A DNA stretch of 64,000 nucleotides from an uncultured Actinomycetes bacterium. Lineage in GTDB: Bacteria; Actinomycetota; UBA4738; HRBIN12. Shown here in pieces: positions 38,170 to 46,949 of the stretch. The notes under the pieces were generated by a model, which worked only from the letters and a program-made list of their open reading frames with translations, searched no databases and had not been told where the DNA came from. The stretch is from contig OY969099.1 of NCBI GenBank assembly GCA_963697875.1, positions 2,793,234 to 2,857,233 of the forward strand, in the 5' to 3' direction. The position numbers and the translations under genes were made by a program. The number at the start of each line of letters is the position of its first letter. The first letter of the stretch is position 1.

Positions 38170-39510
38170 ATGCCATCCACGACGGTCGCTCCCACCGAGG
38201 TCGCGCGTCTCAGCTTGCCTACCCCGTTCGGAGAATGGCAGATGCGTGCGTTCGACTGGCGGGGCACCGTGCACCTCTGCCTCTCGCGGGGCGAGGTCGG
38301 CGATGGCGAGAACGTCCTCGCGCGCATGCACTCTGAATGTCTGACGGGCGACGTGCTCGGCTCCCTCCGGTGCGACTGCGGGGTTCAACTCCGGCAAGCG
38401 ATGCGGGTGATCGCGGCGGAGGGCCGTGGCGTGCTCGTGTATTCGACCGGCCACGAAGGCCGAGGCATCGGTCTGGCCAACAAGCTGCGTGCGTACATGC
38501 TTCAGGACGACGGACTCGACACCGTGCAGGCGAACCAACACCTCGGATTCCCGGTCGATCGGCGGACGTTCGCCGACGCTGCAGCCTGCCTCCAGACGCT
38601 CGGGGTTCGGTCGGTTCGCCTGTTGTCGAACAACCCGGCGAAGGCGCGAGGCTTGGAAGATGGCGGCATCCGCGTCCTCCGCGTCATGGGCCTGGCGACG
38701 GCGGCCCACACGCGCAACCTGCGATACCTGACGACGAAGCAAGACCTGATGGGCCACGTGGTTCCGATGGGGCTTCCGCTCGACGATCACCTCGGCCCGC
38801 CGGCCGACGTCGGAGCGCTCCTGGGAGCGGTGCGTCCTTCCGGAACGAAGCCCTACGTGGTCCTCAAGTACGCACAGACGCTCGACGGAAGGATCGCCAC
38901 CTCCACCGGGGACTCTCGATGGATCAGTGGCGACGAGGAGCGGCGCATCTCGCATGCGCTCCGTGCGTCGTGCGACGCGGTCCTGGTCGGGGTCGGAACG
39001 GTATTGAGCGACGATCCGCAGCTGACGGTCCGGATGATCCCGGGGGCCTCGCCGATCCGTGTCGTGCTCGATTCGACCCTTCGCGTCCCCGACGGCTCGC
39101 GGCTCCTTGCTGACGACATGGCCACCACGATCGTCATCACCACCGACGCGTCACCGGCCGAGCGTCGTGACGAGCTTCGGCGGAACCGAGTCTCCGTGCT
39201 CGTCGTGCCCGCCGGCCCGTTCGGCGTCGACCCCTCCGCCGCCCTCGAAGCGCTCCACCAAGCTGGGATCCGGTCGTTGCTGGTGGAAGGTGGTGCGCGT
39301 GTGATCACGTCGTTCCTGTCGCTGGGTCTCGCGGACCGGCTGATCGTCGGGATCGCCCCTCGGGTCCTCGGCAACGGAACGGACGCCGTCATGGATCTCG
39401 GGGTCACGGAGGTCTCGAACTCGCTCCGGCTCGAGCGCCGGGCTGTTCACCTGGCGGGCGACGACGTCCTGATCGCCGGCGACGTCGTGCTCTCTAGCCG
39501 GACGGCTTAG
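38170..39510 (+). CDS. GTP cyclohydrolase II (RibA) fused to a RibD C-terminal-type reductase domain; no deaminase domain
   Basis: RMHSECLTGDVLGSLRCDCGVQL is the GCHII zinc motif. VYSTGHEGRGIGLANKLRAY is a GCHII hallmark. The C-terminal half (KPYVVLKYAQTLDGRIATSTGDSRWISGDEERRISHALRASCDAVLVGVGTVLSDDPQL...LLVEGGARV) is a RibD_C/DHFR-like reductase. ATG 38170 is in frame within track ORF 37789..39510. Confidence 0.8.
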   Translation: MPSTTVAPTEVARLSLPTPFGEWQMRAFDWRGTVHLCLSRGEVGDGENVLARMHSECLTGDVLGSLRCDCGVQLRQAMRVIAAEGRGVLVYSTGHEGRGIGLANKLRAYMLQDDGLDTVQANQHLGFPVDRRTFADAAACLQTLGVRSVRLLSNNPAKARGLEDGGIRVLRVMGLATAAHTRNLRYLTTKQDLMGHVVPMGLPLDDHLGPPADVGALLGAVRPSGTKPYVVLKYAQTLDGRIATSTGDSRWISGDEERRISHALRASCDAVLVGVGTVLSDDPQLTVRMIPGASPIRVVLDSTLRVPDGSRLLADDMATTIVITTDASPAERRDELRRNRVSVLVVPAGPFGVDPSAALEALHQAGIRSLLVEGGARVITSFLSLGLADRLIVGIAPRVLGNGTDAVMDLGVTEVSNSLRLERRAVHLAGDDVLIAGDVVLSSRTA

Positions 39511-39959
39511 CCGGGCTTCTCCTCTTGTCCCTTGGAGAATCTGCCGTGGAGCTTGCCTTCCGGGTGGTGCTCGATCTCCTCTTGGCCCTCCGCGAACTCA
39601 CCCTCGTGTACTTCCTCGTGCCCGGGCAGATCCTCGTGCTGTCCCCGAGCGAAGTCGGGCTGCACCAGCCGTTCGGGATCGTCCGGCAGGTCCTCCTGCC
39701 CGCGAGCGAAGTCCGGGCGGGCGGTCGACTGCGGCTCGTCGCCGGGGACCGGCGGGACCACGGGCTCGACGTCGTTCGGATCGACCTCCACGTCCATCGC
39801 TACAACGATCTCTTCCTCCACAACCATCTCTTCGTCGACAGGGGACTCGTCGGTTGGCTCGCGCGGGTCCATCGTCGTGCCTCCTCCCGGGGCGGCCTCG
39901 TTGCCGACCTCTAAGGTGAAGCTTCCCGGGGCGGAGCCGCGGCAAACGACGACCGCCAT
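39507..39959 (-). CDS. acidic, His-rich repeat protein (hypothetical)
   Basis: About 150 aa with pI well below 5. It carries an imperfect tandem motif: PDFARGQEDLPDDPERLVQ / PDFARGQHEDLPGHEEVHEG / EFAEGQEEIEHHPEGKLHGRFSKGQEEKPG. The corresponding approximate DNA repeats are visible. The true start may be Met 29 (about 39875). Confidence 0.5.
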   Translation of the reverse strand: MAVVVCRGSAPGSFTLEVGNEAAPGGGTTMDPREPTDESPVDEEMVVEEEIVVAMDVEVDPNDVEPVVPPVPGDEPQSTARPDFARGQEDLPDDPERLVQPDFARGQHEDLPGHEEVHEGEFAEGQEEIEHHPEGKLHGRFSKGQEEKPG

Positions 39960-39989
39960 CCCGGTGATGGACCCGAGATCTCTGCGACG

Positions 39990-41078
39990 TCAGGAGCCGC
40001 CGAGGCGGAACGCCCGCGGCGCGCGCGTCCGGTCGCCCGACCGATCCGACGACCAGGGCGCAGAGGGCGCGGCCACGATGTTGGCGAGCGCGAGCAAGAC
40101 CGTGTCGTAGTTCACGCGCCAGCCCGCGAAGTCGCGCCACGCCTGATCCCGGTCGGTCCTCAGCCGAACGCCCTCCGCCTCGAGCGCGTCGACGACCGCC
40201 TGCCACTCGTCGCGCGAGACCGAGATCGGGTCGTCGGGCCCCGGATCGGGATCGAACGGCACCTTGAAGAACCGCGCGATCCTGCGCAGGCACAGGTACC
40301 CGGCACGCAGGCAGAACTCCGCCTGCACGTCCCTGGGCCAGTCCACCGTCGAGAGGGTGAACGCGGCGCTGTCGAGCACGGCCCCCGCCGCCGTCACCCA
40401 GTTGTGCTGCGGCTGCGGCGATCGGAAGAACACGAGCGCCGGCAACGAGCTATGGGTCTCCTCCACGTCGACGAACCAGCGCTCCCACTCCATCCACACG
40501 GCGCCGAGCTCGCCCATGCGCTCGAGCGCCCAATGCCGCCAGACCATCTCGCGTGCCGATGGCGGCGATCCCGCGCGCACCTCGAGAGCGGTGACGCCGA
40601 CCTCCCGGCGCGAGTAGGCCGAGTAGATCGCCGGCAGGTACGTGATCAGCAGCGCGAGCAGGAAGAGCCCCATCGCCGCTTCCGTGAACGTGAGGATCGT
40701 GACCGGGAGCCCGGAGGGGTGGGCAAAGCCGAGCGTGAACAGCGAGGAGCCGGAGAGGGTGAAGGCATCGCGCAGCGACAGGCCCTCGACGCCGACGAAT
40801 ACGAGCGTGTACCCGGCGAGCATCAGGATCAGCCACACGGCCAGCGTCACCGTGAGGCTGATCGGAGCGTACGAGGCAAGCCGACGGTCGCGGCGCTCGT
40901 AGTCGAGCCCTCGTGGCGCGATCACCAGGAAGACCCGTCGCATCGTGAGGAAGACCCATCGAGTGATCGAGGACGCCGATGCGCGCGGTAGGACCACCGT
41001 CTTGATCGCCGAGCCCAGGGTCGCCAAGACGATGACAAGGCCCGCCGCCGTGGCGAGCACGCGTAGGAAGGACTCCAT
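39990..41078 (-). CDS. hypothetical membrane protein with a pore-loop-like segment (possible ion-channel family)
   Basis: The start is at MESFLRVLATAAGLVIVLATLG (ATG 41078). Three to four TM helices are present. Between two helices lies LRDAFTLSGSSLFTLGFAHPSGLP, resembling a pore helix and selectivity loop (compare TxGYG). A cytoplasmic roughly 180-aa C-terminal domain follows. The rest of the 683-aa track ORF is antisense to the protease gene. Confidence 0.5.
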   Translation of the reverse strand: MESFLRVLATAAGLVIVLATLGSAIKTVVLPRASASSITRWVFLTMRRVFLVIAPRGLDYERRDRRLASYAPISLTVTLAVWLILMLAGYTLVFVGVEGLSLRDAFTLSGSSLFTLGFAHPSGLPVTILTFTEAAMGLFLLALLITYLPAIYSAYSRREVGVTALEVRAGSPPSAREMVWRHWALERMGELGAVWMEWERWFVDVEETHSSLPALVFFRSPQPQHNWVTAAGAVLDSAAFTLSTVDWPRDVQAEFCLRAGYLCLRRIARFFKVPFDPDPGPDDPISVSRDEWQAVVDALEAEGVRLRTDRDQAWRDFAGWRVNYDTVLLALANIVAAPSAPWSSDRSGDRTRAPRAFRLGGS

Positions 41079-41249
41079 TGGGGCGGATGCTAGTGGGAAC
41101 GCCCGTGTCGAGCGCCTCGCGACCGGCAAGGCCCGCCGCCTCTCGCACCAGGAAGCGATCGAAGGCCACCAAGGCTCGTCCCTTGCGGCCCCGAACAGCC
41201 CGCGGATAGGCTGAACAACCCCACCCAGGAAGACTCCCAAGGAGGATCG

Positions 41250-42023
41250 ATGAGGCGTTTCCTCGTGATCGGCGCAGCCACGTTGTTGTGTGCCCTGGCC
41301 CCCGGATCGGCCGGCGCCATCACGGGCGGACAGAAGGACATACAGAACCGGTATCCGTTCGTCGGCCTGCTCGCCTTCTACGATGCCGGGGGCGATTACC
41401 TGCATCGATGCTCCGGCACCCTCATCTCGCCGACGGTGGTGCTCACCGCGGCTCACTGCACGGAGGGAACCGCCACGGCATACGTCTATTTCTCGGTCGA
41501 CGTGCCCGCTGACTTCAGGGAGAACCCCTCGGGCGTCCTCGGCACGACGTACACCGATCCGAACTTCAACCCCAACACGCTGACCAACGACGTGGGGGTC
41601 GTGGTCCTCGAGCAGGCAGTCAGTCGCAGCGAGTACCCGGTCCTTGCGCCGATGGGGTTCCTCAGCGATCTGAAGGCTCAGGGCGAGATCAAGGACGACA
41701 CCTTCGTGAACGTCGGCTACGGCCTCTTGGCAGGATGGCCCCCCTCGACCCTGGTGGACAACGAGAGCCGCTGGTTCTCCACCTCTCCCTATCGAGGGCT
41801 GACGCACCAGAAGCTGCACCTGCTCCAGAACCCCGAAGCGACGGGCCAGGGCGGGACGTGTTTCGGCGACTCGGGTGGTCCGCACTTCTGGGAGGACACG
41901 TTGGTCATCGTGTCCGTGACGAGCTGGGGCGACGCGATCTGCCGCTCCAACGACATGACCCAGCGGGTCGACATCGGATCGGTGCTGGATTGGCTGGAGC
42001 AGTTCGGGCCCACGCCGGGCTGA
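41250..42023 (+). CDS. secreted trypsin-like serine protease (S1 family)
   Basis: A signal peptide is present. The catalytic triad is TAAHC (His), NDVGVV (Asp) and GDSGGP (Ser). An AAGGAGGA SD lies 6 nt upstream. Confidence 0.85.
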   Translation: MRRFLVIGAATLLCALAPGSAGAITGGQKDIQNRYPFVGLLAFYDAGGDYLHRCSGTLISPTVVLTAAHCTEGTATAYVYFSVDVPADFRENPSGVLGTTYTDPNFNPNTLTNDVGVVVLEQAVSRSEYPVLAPMGFLSDLKAQGEIKDDTFVNVGYGLLAGWPPSTLVDNESRWFSTSPYRGLTHQKLHLLQNPEATGQGGTCFGDSGGPHFWEDTLVIVSVTSWGDAICRSNDMTQRVDIGSVLDWLEQFGPTPG

Positions 42024-42102
42024 GAAGAGCTCGCTTCCCACGCTCGGGACACCCGAACCGAACGCGGCTCATGCGGATGACCGATCGGCTGGTGAAGGCC
42101 CC

Positions 42103-43239
42103 TTGACGGTCTCGTCGTTGATCGACCGCCACCAATACCCAACGCTGCAGAAGTGCGTCTATCTCAACCAGGCTTCCCTGGGCCTGATCGCGAACCCGGC
42201 CGTCGACGCTATCCACGATCTGCTCGAGCGAGTCGTGCGCCACGGCAATCTCTACATGTCCGACGAGGACGAGACGGGCTTCCTCGACAACCTGCGTGAG
42301 CGCGCGGCCCGGTTGTTGTCGGTAGGCGACGGCAGGATCGCGATCCTGAACAGCGCGAGCGAGCTGTTGGGCCAGGCACCCTTCCTGCTGGCGCCTCGAC
42401 AGGGCTCCAAGGTGATCGCCGTGGCTACGGACTTCCCGGCGATCACACGGCCCTGGCTGCGTCTGGAAGAGCGTGGTGAGTGCCGCGTCGAGTTCGTCGA
42501 GGATGGCCTCGAGTCCGACCTGACGGCCGATCTCATCGCCCGGATCGATGATCGCACGTCGGTGGTCGCCGTCGGGTGGGTCCAATACGCGACGGGGACT
42601 GTGGTCGATGTTCCCCGGCTACGAGCGGCCACCGAGGAGGCCGGCGTCAGGCTCGTCCTCGACGCCACGCAGGGGGCCGGCGCGATGAGGTGCGACGGGG
42701 GCACCTGGCGCGCCGACCTCATGGTGTCCAGCGGGTACAAGTGGCTCGGCGGCCCCGGCGGGGTGGCGATCGGGGCGCTCGCTCCCGATCTCATCGACCA
42801 GATACCGCCGCTGCCGGGGTGGATGGGCGCCCCCTCCCCCTTCGCGTTCGACGCCACTCGGATCGCTCAGGCCGAAGGTGCCAGGCGGTTCACGCAGTCG
42901 ACGATGTCCTACCTCTCGGTGGCCGGCTTGACCACGGCGATCGATCAGCTCCTGGCGGTCGGCCTGGACCGCGTCGAGCAGCACGCGACACGACTGCACG
43001 AGCTCTTGCTCCGTTCGGTCGAGGACCGCGGCTGGCTGCCGTTCCGCCGTCCCACCGACCCCGCATCCGCGCCGCACATCGTCTCGCTCGGCCGTCCGGG
43101 CACGGAGTCCGCGGACGTCCAGCTGCGGCTGCGCGAAGCGGGGATCGTATGCAGCCTTCGCGGAGACCGGCTGCGCGTGTCCTTGTCGCCCTACAACGAC
43201 GAGGAGGACATCGCCGCTCTTGCGACGGGACTCGCATAG
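42103..43239 (+). CDS. PLP-dependent aminotransferase class V (cysteine desulfurase / isopenicillin-N-epimerase-like)
   Basis: The protein has a fold-type I pattern. MVSSGYKWLGGPGG is a PLP-Lys region. Confidence 0.7.
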   Translation: MTVSSLIDRHQYPTLQKCVYLNQASLGLIANPAVDAIHDLLERVVRHGNLYMSDEDETGFLDNLRERAARLLSVGDGRIAILNSASELLGQAPFLLAPRQGSKVIAVATDFPAITRPWLRLEERGECRVEFVEDGLESDLTADLIARIDDRTSVVAVGWVQYATGTVVDVPRLRAATEEAGVRLVLDATQGAGAMRCDGGTWRADLMVSSGYKWLGGPGGVAIGALAPDLIDQIPPLPGWMGAPSPFAFDATRIAQAEGARRFTQSTMSYLSVAGLTTAIDQLLAVGLDRVEQHATRLHELLLRSVEDRGWLPFRRPTDPASAPHIVSLGRPGTESADVQLRLREAGIVCSLRGDRLRVSLSPYNDEEDIAALATGLA

Positions 43240-43520
43240 AGCGTCCGGCGACGCCGGATGCGCTCGGGCGATCAGGACACCGGACTCCGGGGGCTCGGAC
43301 GGCAAGCTCTCAGGCCGTCGGTCGATAGGTCGCGAGGATGACTCCGCCATAGCCGGGTCGTCGCCCTTGGCCCACCCACCATGGGCAAAGCCTCCGCGCG
43401 TGTCTTCGTTGGCACGCGCCGGGCTTTGCATGACCCCATCGAGGCTGACGTGGTTGAGGACAACGAGTTCCACGATCGATGGTGCCAGAGCGTTCCTTCT
43501 CGCGCCAAGCGCCACTCAGG

Positions 43521-44060
43521 CTAGGTCCGCAGAATGAGCCGCCCAGGCGGCGCAAGCCTCGCTACTGTCGTGCCCGGGATCAGCGCGAGCGTGCCAACCG
43601 CCGCGGCGAGACGGCCGGGACCGATCCAACCGGGTCGCTCGGACGTGGTGCGACGTACGAAACGCACCAATCGGAGACGCATCACGACATGCGTGAAGAA
43701 GTAGAGCGACAGCCCGCCACACAACGTCACGGCCGGGACGGTCGCCAGCGGGTCGCGGACATCGTGCATCGCGATCTTCAAGCCCAGCGCGAACAGGACG
43801 ATCCCCGCGATCATCGGCATGTGCAGGTAGCTGTAATGGTCCCGAGAGAGGCGCGCACGGGTCACGCCGCTCGTCTCCGATAGCTGGCGTTCGGCCAGCA
43901 CGGCGTAGACGTCGAAGTACGCCCACCAGAGCGCGGCGCTCACGGCGAGACCGAGGACCGCGTAAGGACGATAAAGGAGCTGTGCGAGGCCGACCTTGCG
44001 CCGAAGACGTAGACCGGTCGTCGACGCCCGCACCTGAATCCCCTCTCTCAGCGGAGCCAC
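43521..44060 (-). pseudogene. truncated low-temperature-requirement A (LtrA)-family membrane protein gene; only the C-terminal roughly 180-aa half is present
   Basis: WWAYFDVYAV...RDHYSYLHMPMIAGIVLFALGLK resembles the LtrA C-terminal half. No room for the N-terminal half exists before the tRNA remnant and the epimerase gene. Confidence 0.4.
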
Positions 44061-44074
44061 AGGTCAAACGCAGT

Positions 44075-44113
44075 GAGCGCTGAGGGGCTCGAACCCCCGA
44101 CCCTCTGCGTGAG
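44075..44113 (-). tRNA. tRNA 3'-end remnant (T-arm plus 3' acceptor strand), probably an att-site scar; no intact tRNA
   Basis: The reverse complement reads ...CACGCAGAGGGTC GGGGG TTCGAGC CCCCT CAGCGCT C A. GGTTCGAGCCCC is a canonical T-stem-loop followed by a 7-nt acceptor strand. The 5' half cannot be folded into a cloverleaf. Confidence 0.4.
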
Positions 44114-44141
44114 CGGCCTCCTCGGCGGAGTACTCGCTATG

Positions 44142-45086
44142 TCATTCGCCGCGAAACCAGGTGACCGTGCGGCGGATCCCCTCGCGGATCGGGACGCGGG
44201 GCTCGTAGCCGAGGAGCTCCCCGGCGAGCGAGATGTCGGCCTCCGAGCGCAGGATGTCGCCCTCGCGGGGCGGCGTGAACCTCGGATCCGGGGAGGCCCC
44301 GCACTCGCCCGCGATCAGCTCGAGCAGCGCCTTCACCGAGGTCGGTGTGGCGCCCCCGCCGACGTTGAAGGCCCGTCCGAACGCTTGCTCGTCCGCGCGG
44401 ATCGCGAGCAGGTTCGCGTCGACGACGTCGTCGACGTACGTGAAGTCGCGCGACTGCGACCCGTCGCCGTGGATCACCGGCCGTTCGCTCGTCAGACAGG
44501 CCACGATGAACCGCGGGACCACGGCGGCATACTCGCTCGCCGGGTCCTGCCCCGGCCCGTAGACGTTGAAGTAGCGCAGCGAGATCGTCGGGACGCGGTA
44601 GGCGGTCCACGCGGTCATCGCGTACAGCTCGGCCGACGCCTTGGCCGCCGCGTACGGCGAGCGCGGCAACACCGGCATCGTCTCCCGCAGCGGGAACTCG
44701 TCCTGATCGCCGTAGACCGAGGAGGACGACGCCTCTACCACGACGGCGCCCGCGTCGCGCGCCGCGAGCATCACGTTGAGGCTTCCGCGCAGGTTCACGT
44801 CGGTGACGAGGCCCGGTTCGCGGATCGAGAAGGGGACCGAGCGTATCGCAGCCTGGTGCAGGATCGCGTCGCAGCCGCGCGCGGCGTCGGCGACCGCCGC
44901 CTCGTCGCGCACGTCCGCTTCGACGAACCGGACCTCCGGCACGTCCCGGAGCGCCTCGAGTGATCCGGCGGACAGGTCGTCGAGGCCCACCACCTGCACG
45001 CCGTCGGCGACCAGACGGCGGCACAGGTGGGCGCCGACGAACCCGGCCGCCCCCGTCACCAGCATCCGTCGCACGTCTCGATCCAT
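44142..45086 (-). CDS. NAD-dependent sugar epimerase/dehydratase (UDP-glucose 4-epimerase family)
   Basis: MLVTGAAGFVGAHLCRRL is a Rossmann GxxGxxG. SSSSVYGD is present. YAAAKAS is the catalytic YxxxK. The start is Met 91 of track ORF 44142..45356. Confidence 0.85.
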   Translation of the reverse strand: MDRDVRRMLVTGAAGFVGAHLCRRLVADGVQVVGLDDLSAGSLEALRDVPEVRFVEADVRDEAAVADAARGCDAILHQAAIRSVPFSIREPGLVTDVNLRGSLNVMLAARDAGAVVVEASSSSVYGDQDEFPLRETMPVLPRSPYAAAKASAELYAMTAWTAYRVPTISLRYFNVYGPGQDPASEYAAVVPRFIVACLTSERPVIHGDGSQSRDFTYVDDVVDANLLAIRADEQAFGRAFNVGGGATPTSVKALLELIAGECGASPDPRFTPPREGDILRSEADISLAGELLGYEPRVPIREGIRRTVTWFRGE

Positions 45087-45217
45087 CAGCCGTTGCACCG
45101 TAGCCGCCGCGAACCGGAAGCGTAGAGAGAACACCGCATGCGGCGTATGCCCTCCGACGCCCCCCTCCGTACGATCGGAGGCACCAGGATCCGCATCCGG
45201 GACCAGGAGGTCTTCGC

Positions 45218-45745
45218 GTGCCGACCGAGACCGAGACCGAGACCGAGCATCGAGGCATCGATCGTCGTCAACTCCTGAAGCGGGCTGCCGCCGCGGGCGT
45301 CGTCGTATGGACCGTGCCTGCCGTCCAGACGCTGAACATGCCGGCGGCGCTCGCACAGGTCGGCTCGCCGGGCGAGACCTGTTACACGATCAAGATCCTC
45401 TCGAACTCCAGCTGCAGCTCCCCGAACGCGAACGAGAACGTGGCGTCCACGCTGAAGTGCCTCTACGCCTTCGACCCGGACCTGATCCTCCGCAACACGG
45501 GGATCGGGTGCCAGTTCGCGAAGCTCGTGTCGACCGACGTCGACGAGCTCGGGACCTGGCAGGTCAACCTCGAGCCCGGCTGTCGTCTCATTGCCGGGTT
45601 CGCGCGCTCGGGCACCGGTCAGGGTACGTGCATCCAGGCGTCCGATGCCGGCGGCGACCCGGTCGGAGAGGGCGCGACCGGTTCGATCTTCTTCCGCGGG
45701 CAGCCCGTGAACCATGTCGAGATAACGTTCTGCTGCAAGCCGTGA
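45218..45745 (+). CDS. Tat-signal secreted Cys-containing protein (paralog A)
   Basis: GGAGG lies 7 nt before GTG 45218. The N-terminus is MPTETETETEHRGIDRRQLLKRAAAAGVVVWTVPAVQTLNMPAALAQ, with a twin-arginine RRQLLK, an h-region and AxA. The mature region begins VGSPGETCY... and has about seven Cys. It is homologous to the 46950..47435 product. Confidence 0.6.
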   Translation: MPTETETETEHRGIDRRQLLKRAAAAGVVVWTVPAVQTLNMPAALAQVGSPGETCYTIKILSNSSCSSPNANENVASTLKCLYAFDPDLILRNTGIGCQFAKLVSTDVDELGTWQVNLEPGCRLIAGFARSGTGQGTCIQASDAGGDPVGEGATGSIFFRGQPVNHVEITFCCKP

Positions 45746-45752
45746 GCGCAGG

Positions 45753-46004
45753 TCACCACACGAGCCCTCGCTCGACGTCGTCCAGCATCACGATCGCGGC
45801 CCGGTAGCGCCTCAGCAGGTCGTCGCGGTCCTGGTCGCCGATCGCCCTGAGCTCGTCCTCGGAGCATTCGGACACGATGTCTGCGGCGACGACGAGCTCG
45901 TCCCGGACCCGCCCTGCGATCGCGCGCGCCTGCACCGCAGCGGTCACGGCGCGCGCCACGGTCCTAGGCCCGCGTTCGGTTGCGTTGCCGATCGCAGCGT
46001 TCAC
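45753..46004 (-). CDS. small protein (83 aa), translationally coupled downstream of the HprK-like kinase (possible PqqD/RRE-like partner; unverified)
   Basis: ATG 46004 overlaps the kinase stop (ATGA). GC3 is high. No motif is recognised. Confidence 0.4.
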   Translation of the reverse strand: MNAAIGNATERGPRTVARAVTAAVQARAIAGRVRDELVVAADIVSECSEDELRAIGDQDRDDLLRRYRAAIVMLDDVERGLVW

Positions 46005-46873
46005 GTCGATCCGCCTCCCATCAGGTCCTCGATCAGCCGGACGGCGGCATCGAGGTTACCCACCGTCAGCCGATAGCACGCCGCGCCGCGCAGCACGCCC
46101 GCGAGGCGCTCCACGCCGCGGCCGCCGACGACCTCCAGGTTGAACGTTTGCTCCAGCAGGAGCGACAGCATCTCCGCCCGCGACACCGCGCGGAGCTCCG
46201 TGGGGGACCCCTCCTCGAACCGCGGCGCGATGATGTACCGAAGCTCGCACGGCTCGCCCAGGCACCCTGGGCGAAGCGCGCCCGGTGGGATCAGGAAGTC
46301 GAGGTTCCGCACGCGCTCGGCCCACCCGGGCAAGGACGCCCGGAGATCGGGGAACAATGCCATCGAGTCGGGCGCGAGGAGCAGCGGCCGGGTGAACGGA
46401 TACACGAGACCGTCTTGGAGCCCGATCAGCGCGGACTCGTCCGACAGGAATTCGAACCCCGTGCGGACGAGTCCTATCGTGGTCGTCGTCTTGCCGTGAT
46501 CCGGCGGCGCCGGCAGCGCAACCCCCACGCCACCCTTGCTCACGACGCCGGCGTGCACCGCGACGTGAGTAGCCACGCGCATCAATGAGGCGCGAGCGAC
46601 GTCCGCGATGACCCAGGTGAGCATCGTGCCGGGCGGGTTGCCTCGTTGCACCGACCTCCCGTTCATGAGGAGTTCGGGCTGGCCGTTCTGACCGGTGCCC
46701 AGCACTTCGTAGGTGGTGCGATGGGCAGGCGTCACGCGGGGATCGACCCAATCCGCGAACAGCGACGCCGCGGCCTCCGCTACATCGCGCGAGTCGGTGG
46801 TGACGACGAAACGGAATCCAGCCACGTGGAACGACATCGTCGACGCGACGGAACCTGGCGCCGACACGCTCAC
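46001..46873 (-). CDS. HprK-related serine kinase (HPr kinase/phosphorylase C-terminal-domain-like P-loop protein)
   Basis: THVAVHAGVVSKGGVGVALPAPPDHGKTTTTIGLVRTGFEFLSDE is an HprK-type P-loop (GxxGxGKS/T-like PDHGKTTTT) with downstream conserved blocks. The N-terminal HPr-binding domain is absent. Confidence 0.65.
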   Translation of the reverse strand: MSVSAPGSVASTMSFHVAGFRFVVTTDSRDVAEAAASLFADWVDPRVTPAHRTTYEVLGTGQNGQPELLMNGRSVQRGNPPGTMLTWVIADVARASLMRVATHVAVHAGVVSKGGVGVALPAPPDHGKTTTTIGLVRTGFEFLSDESALIGLQDGLVYPFTRPLLLAPDSMALFPDLRASLPGWAERVRNLDFLIPPGALRPGCLGEPCELRYIIAPRFEEGSPTELRAVSRAEMLSLLLEQTFNLEVVGGRGVERLAGVLRGAACYRLTVGNLDAAVRLIEDLMGGGST

Positions 46874-46949
46874 GACGAGCCTCCTCCGGCGCGCCGATGC
46901 CTGGTCCGGTCCGGACCGGGCATCGCGGAGAACGGCCGCGCGACCGCCC

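Noticed and set aside
39990-42041. The N-terminal 320 aa of the 683-aa minus ORF
   Set aside because: Only the C-terminal part, from MESFLRV at 41078, has a membrane-protein character. The rest is antisense to the trypsin-like protease gene, which has the TAAHC and GDSGGP motifs.
44075-44150. Possibility of a complete tRNA gene
   Set aside because: Only the T-arm and the 3' acceptor strand fit. The putative 5' half (AGCGAGT...) does not pair with the acceptor strand, and no D-arm or anticodon arm can be drawn. It is called a remnant instead.
44137-45258. 373-aa minus ORF (Arg/Gly-rich) overlapping the epimerase
   Set aside because: It is an alternative frame of the epimerase gene. The epimerase frame carries the GxxGxxG and YxxxK motifs.
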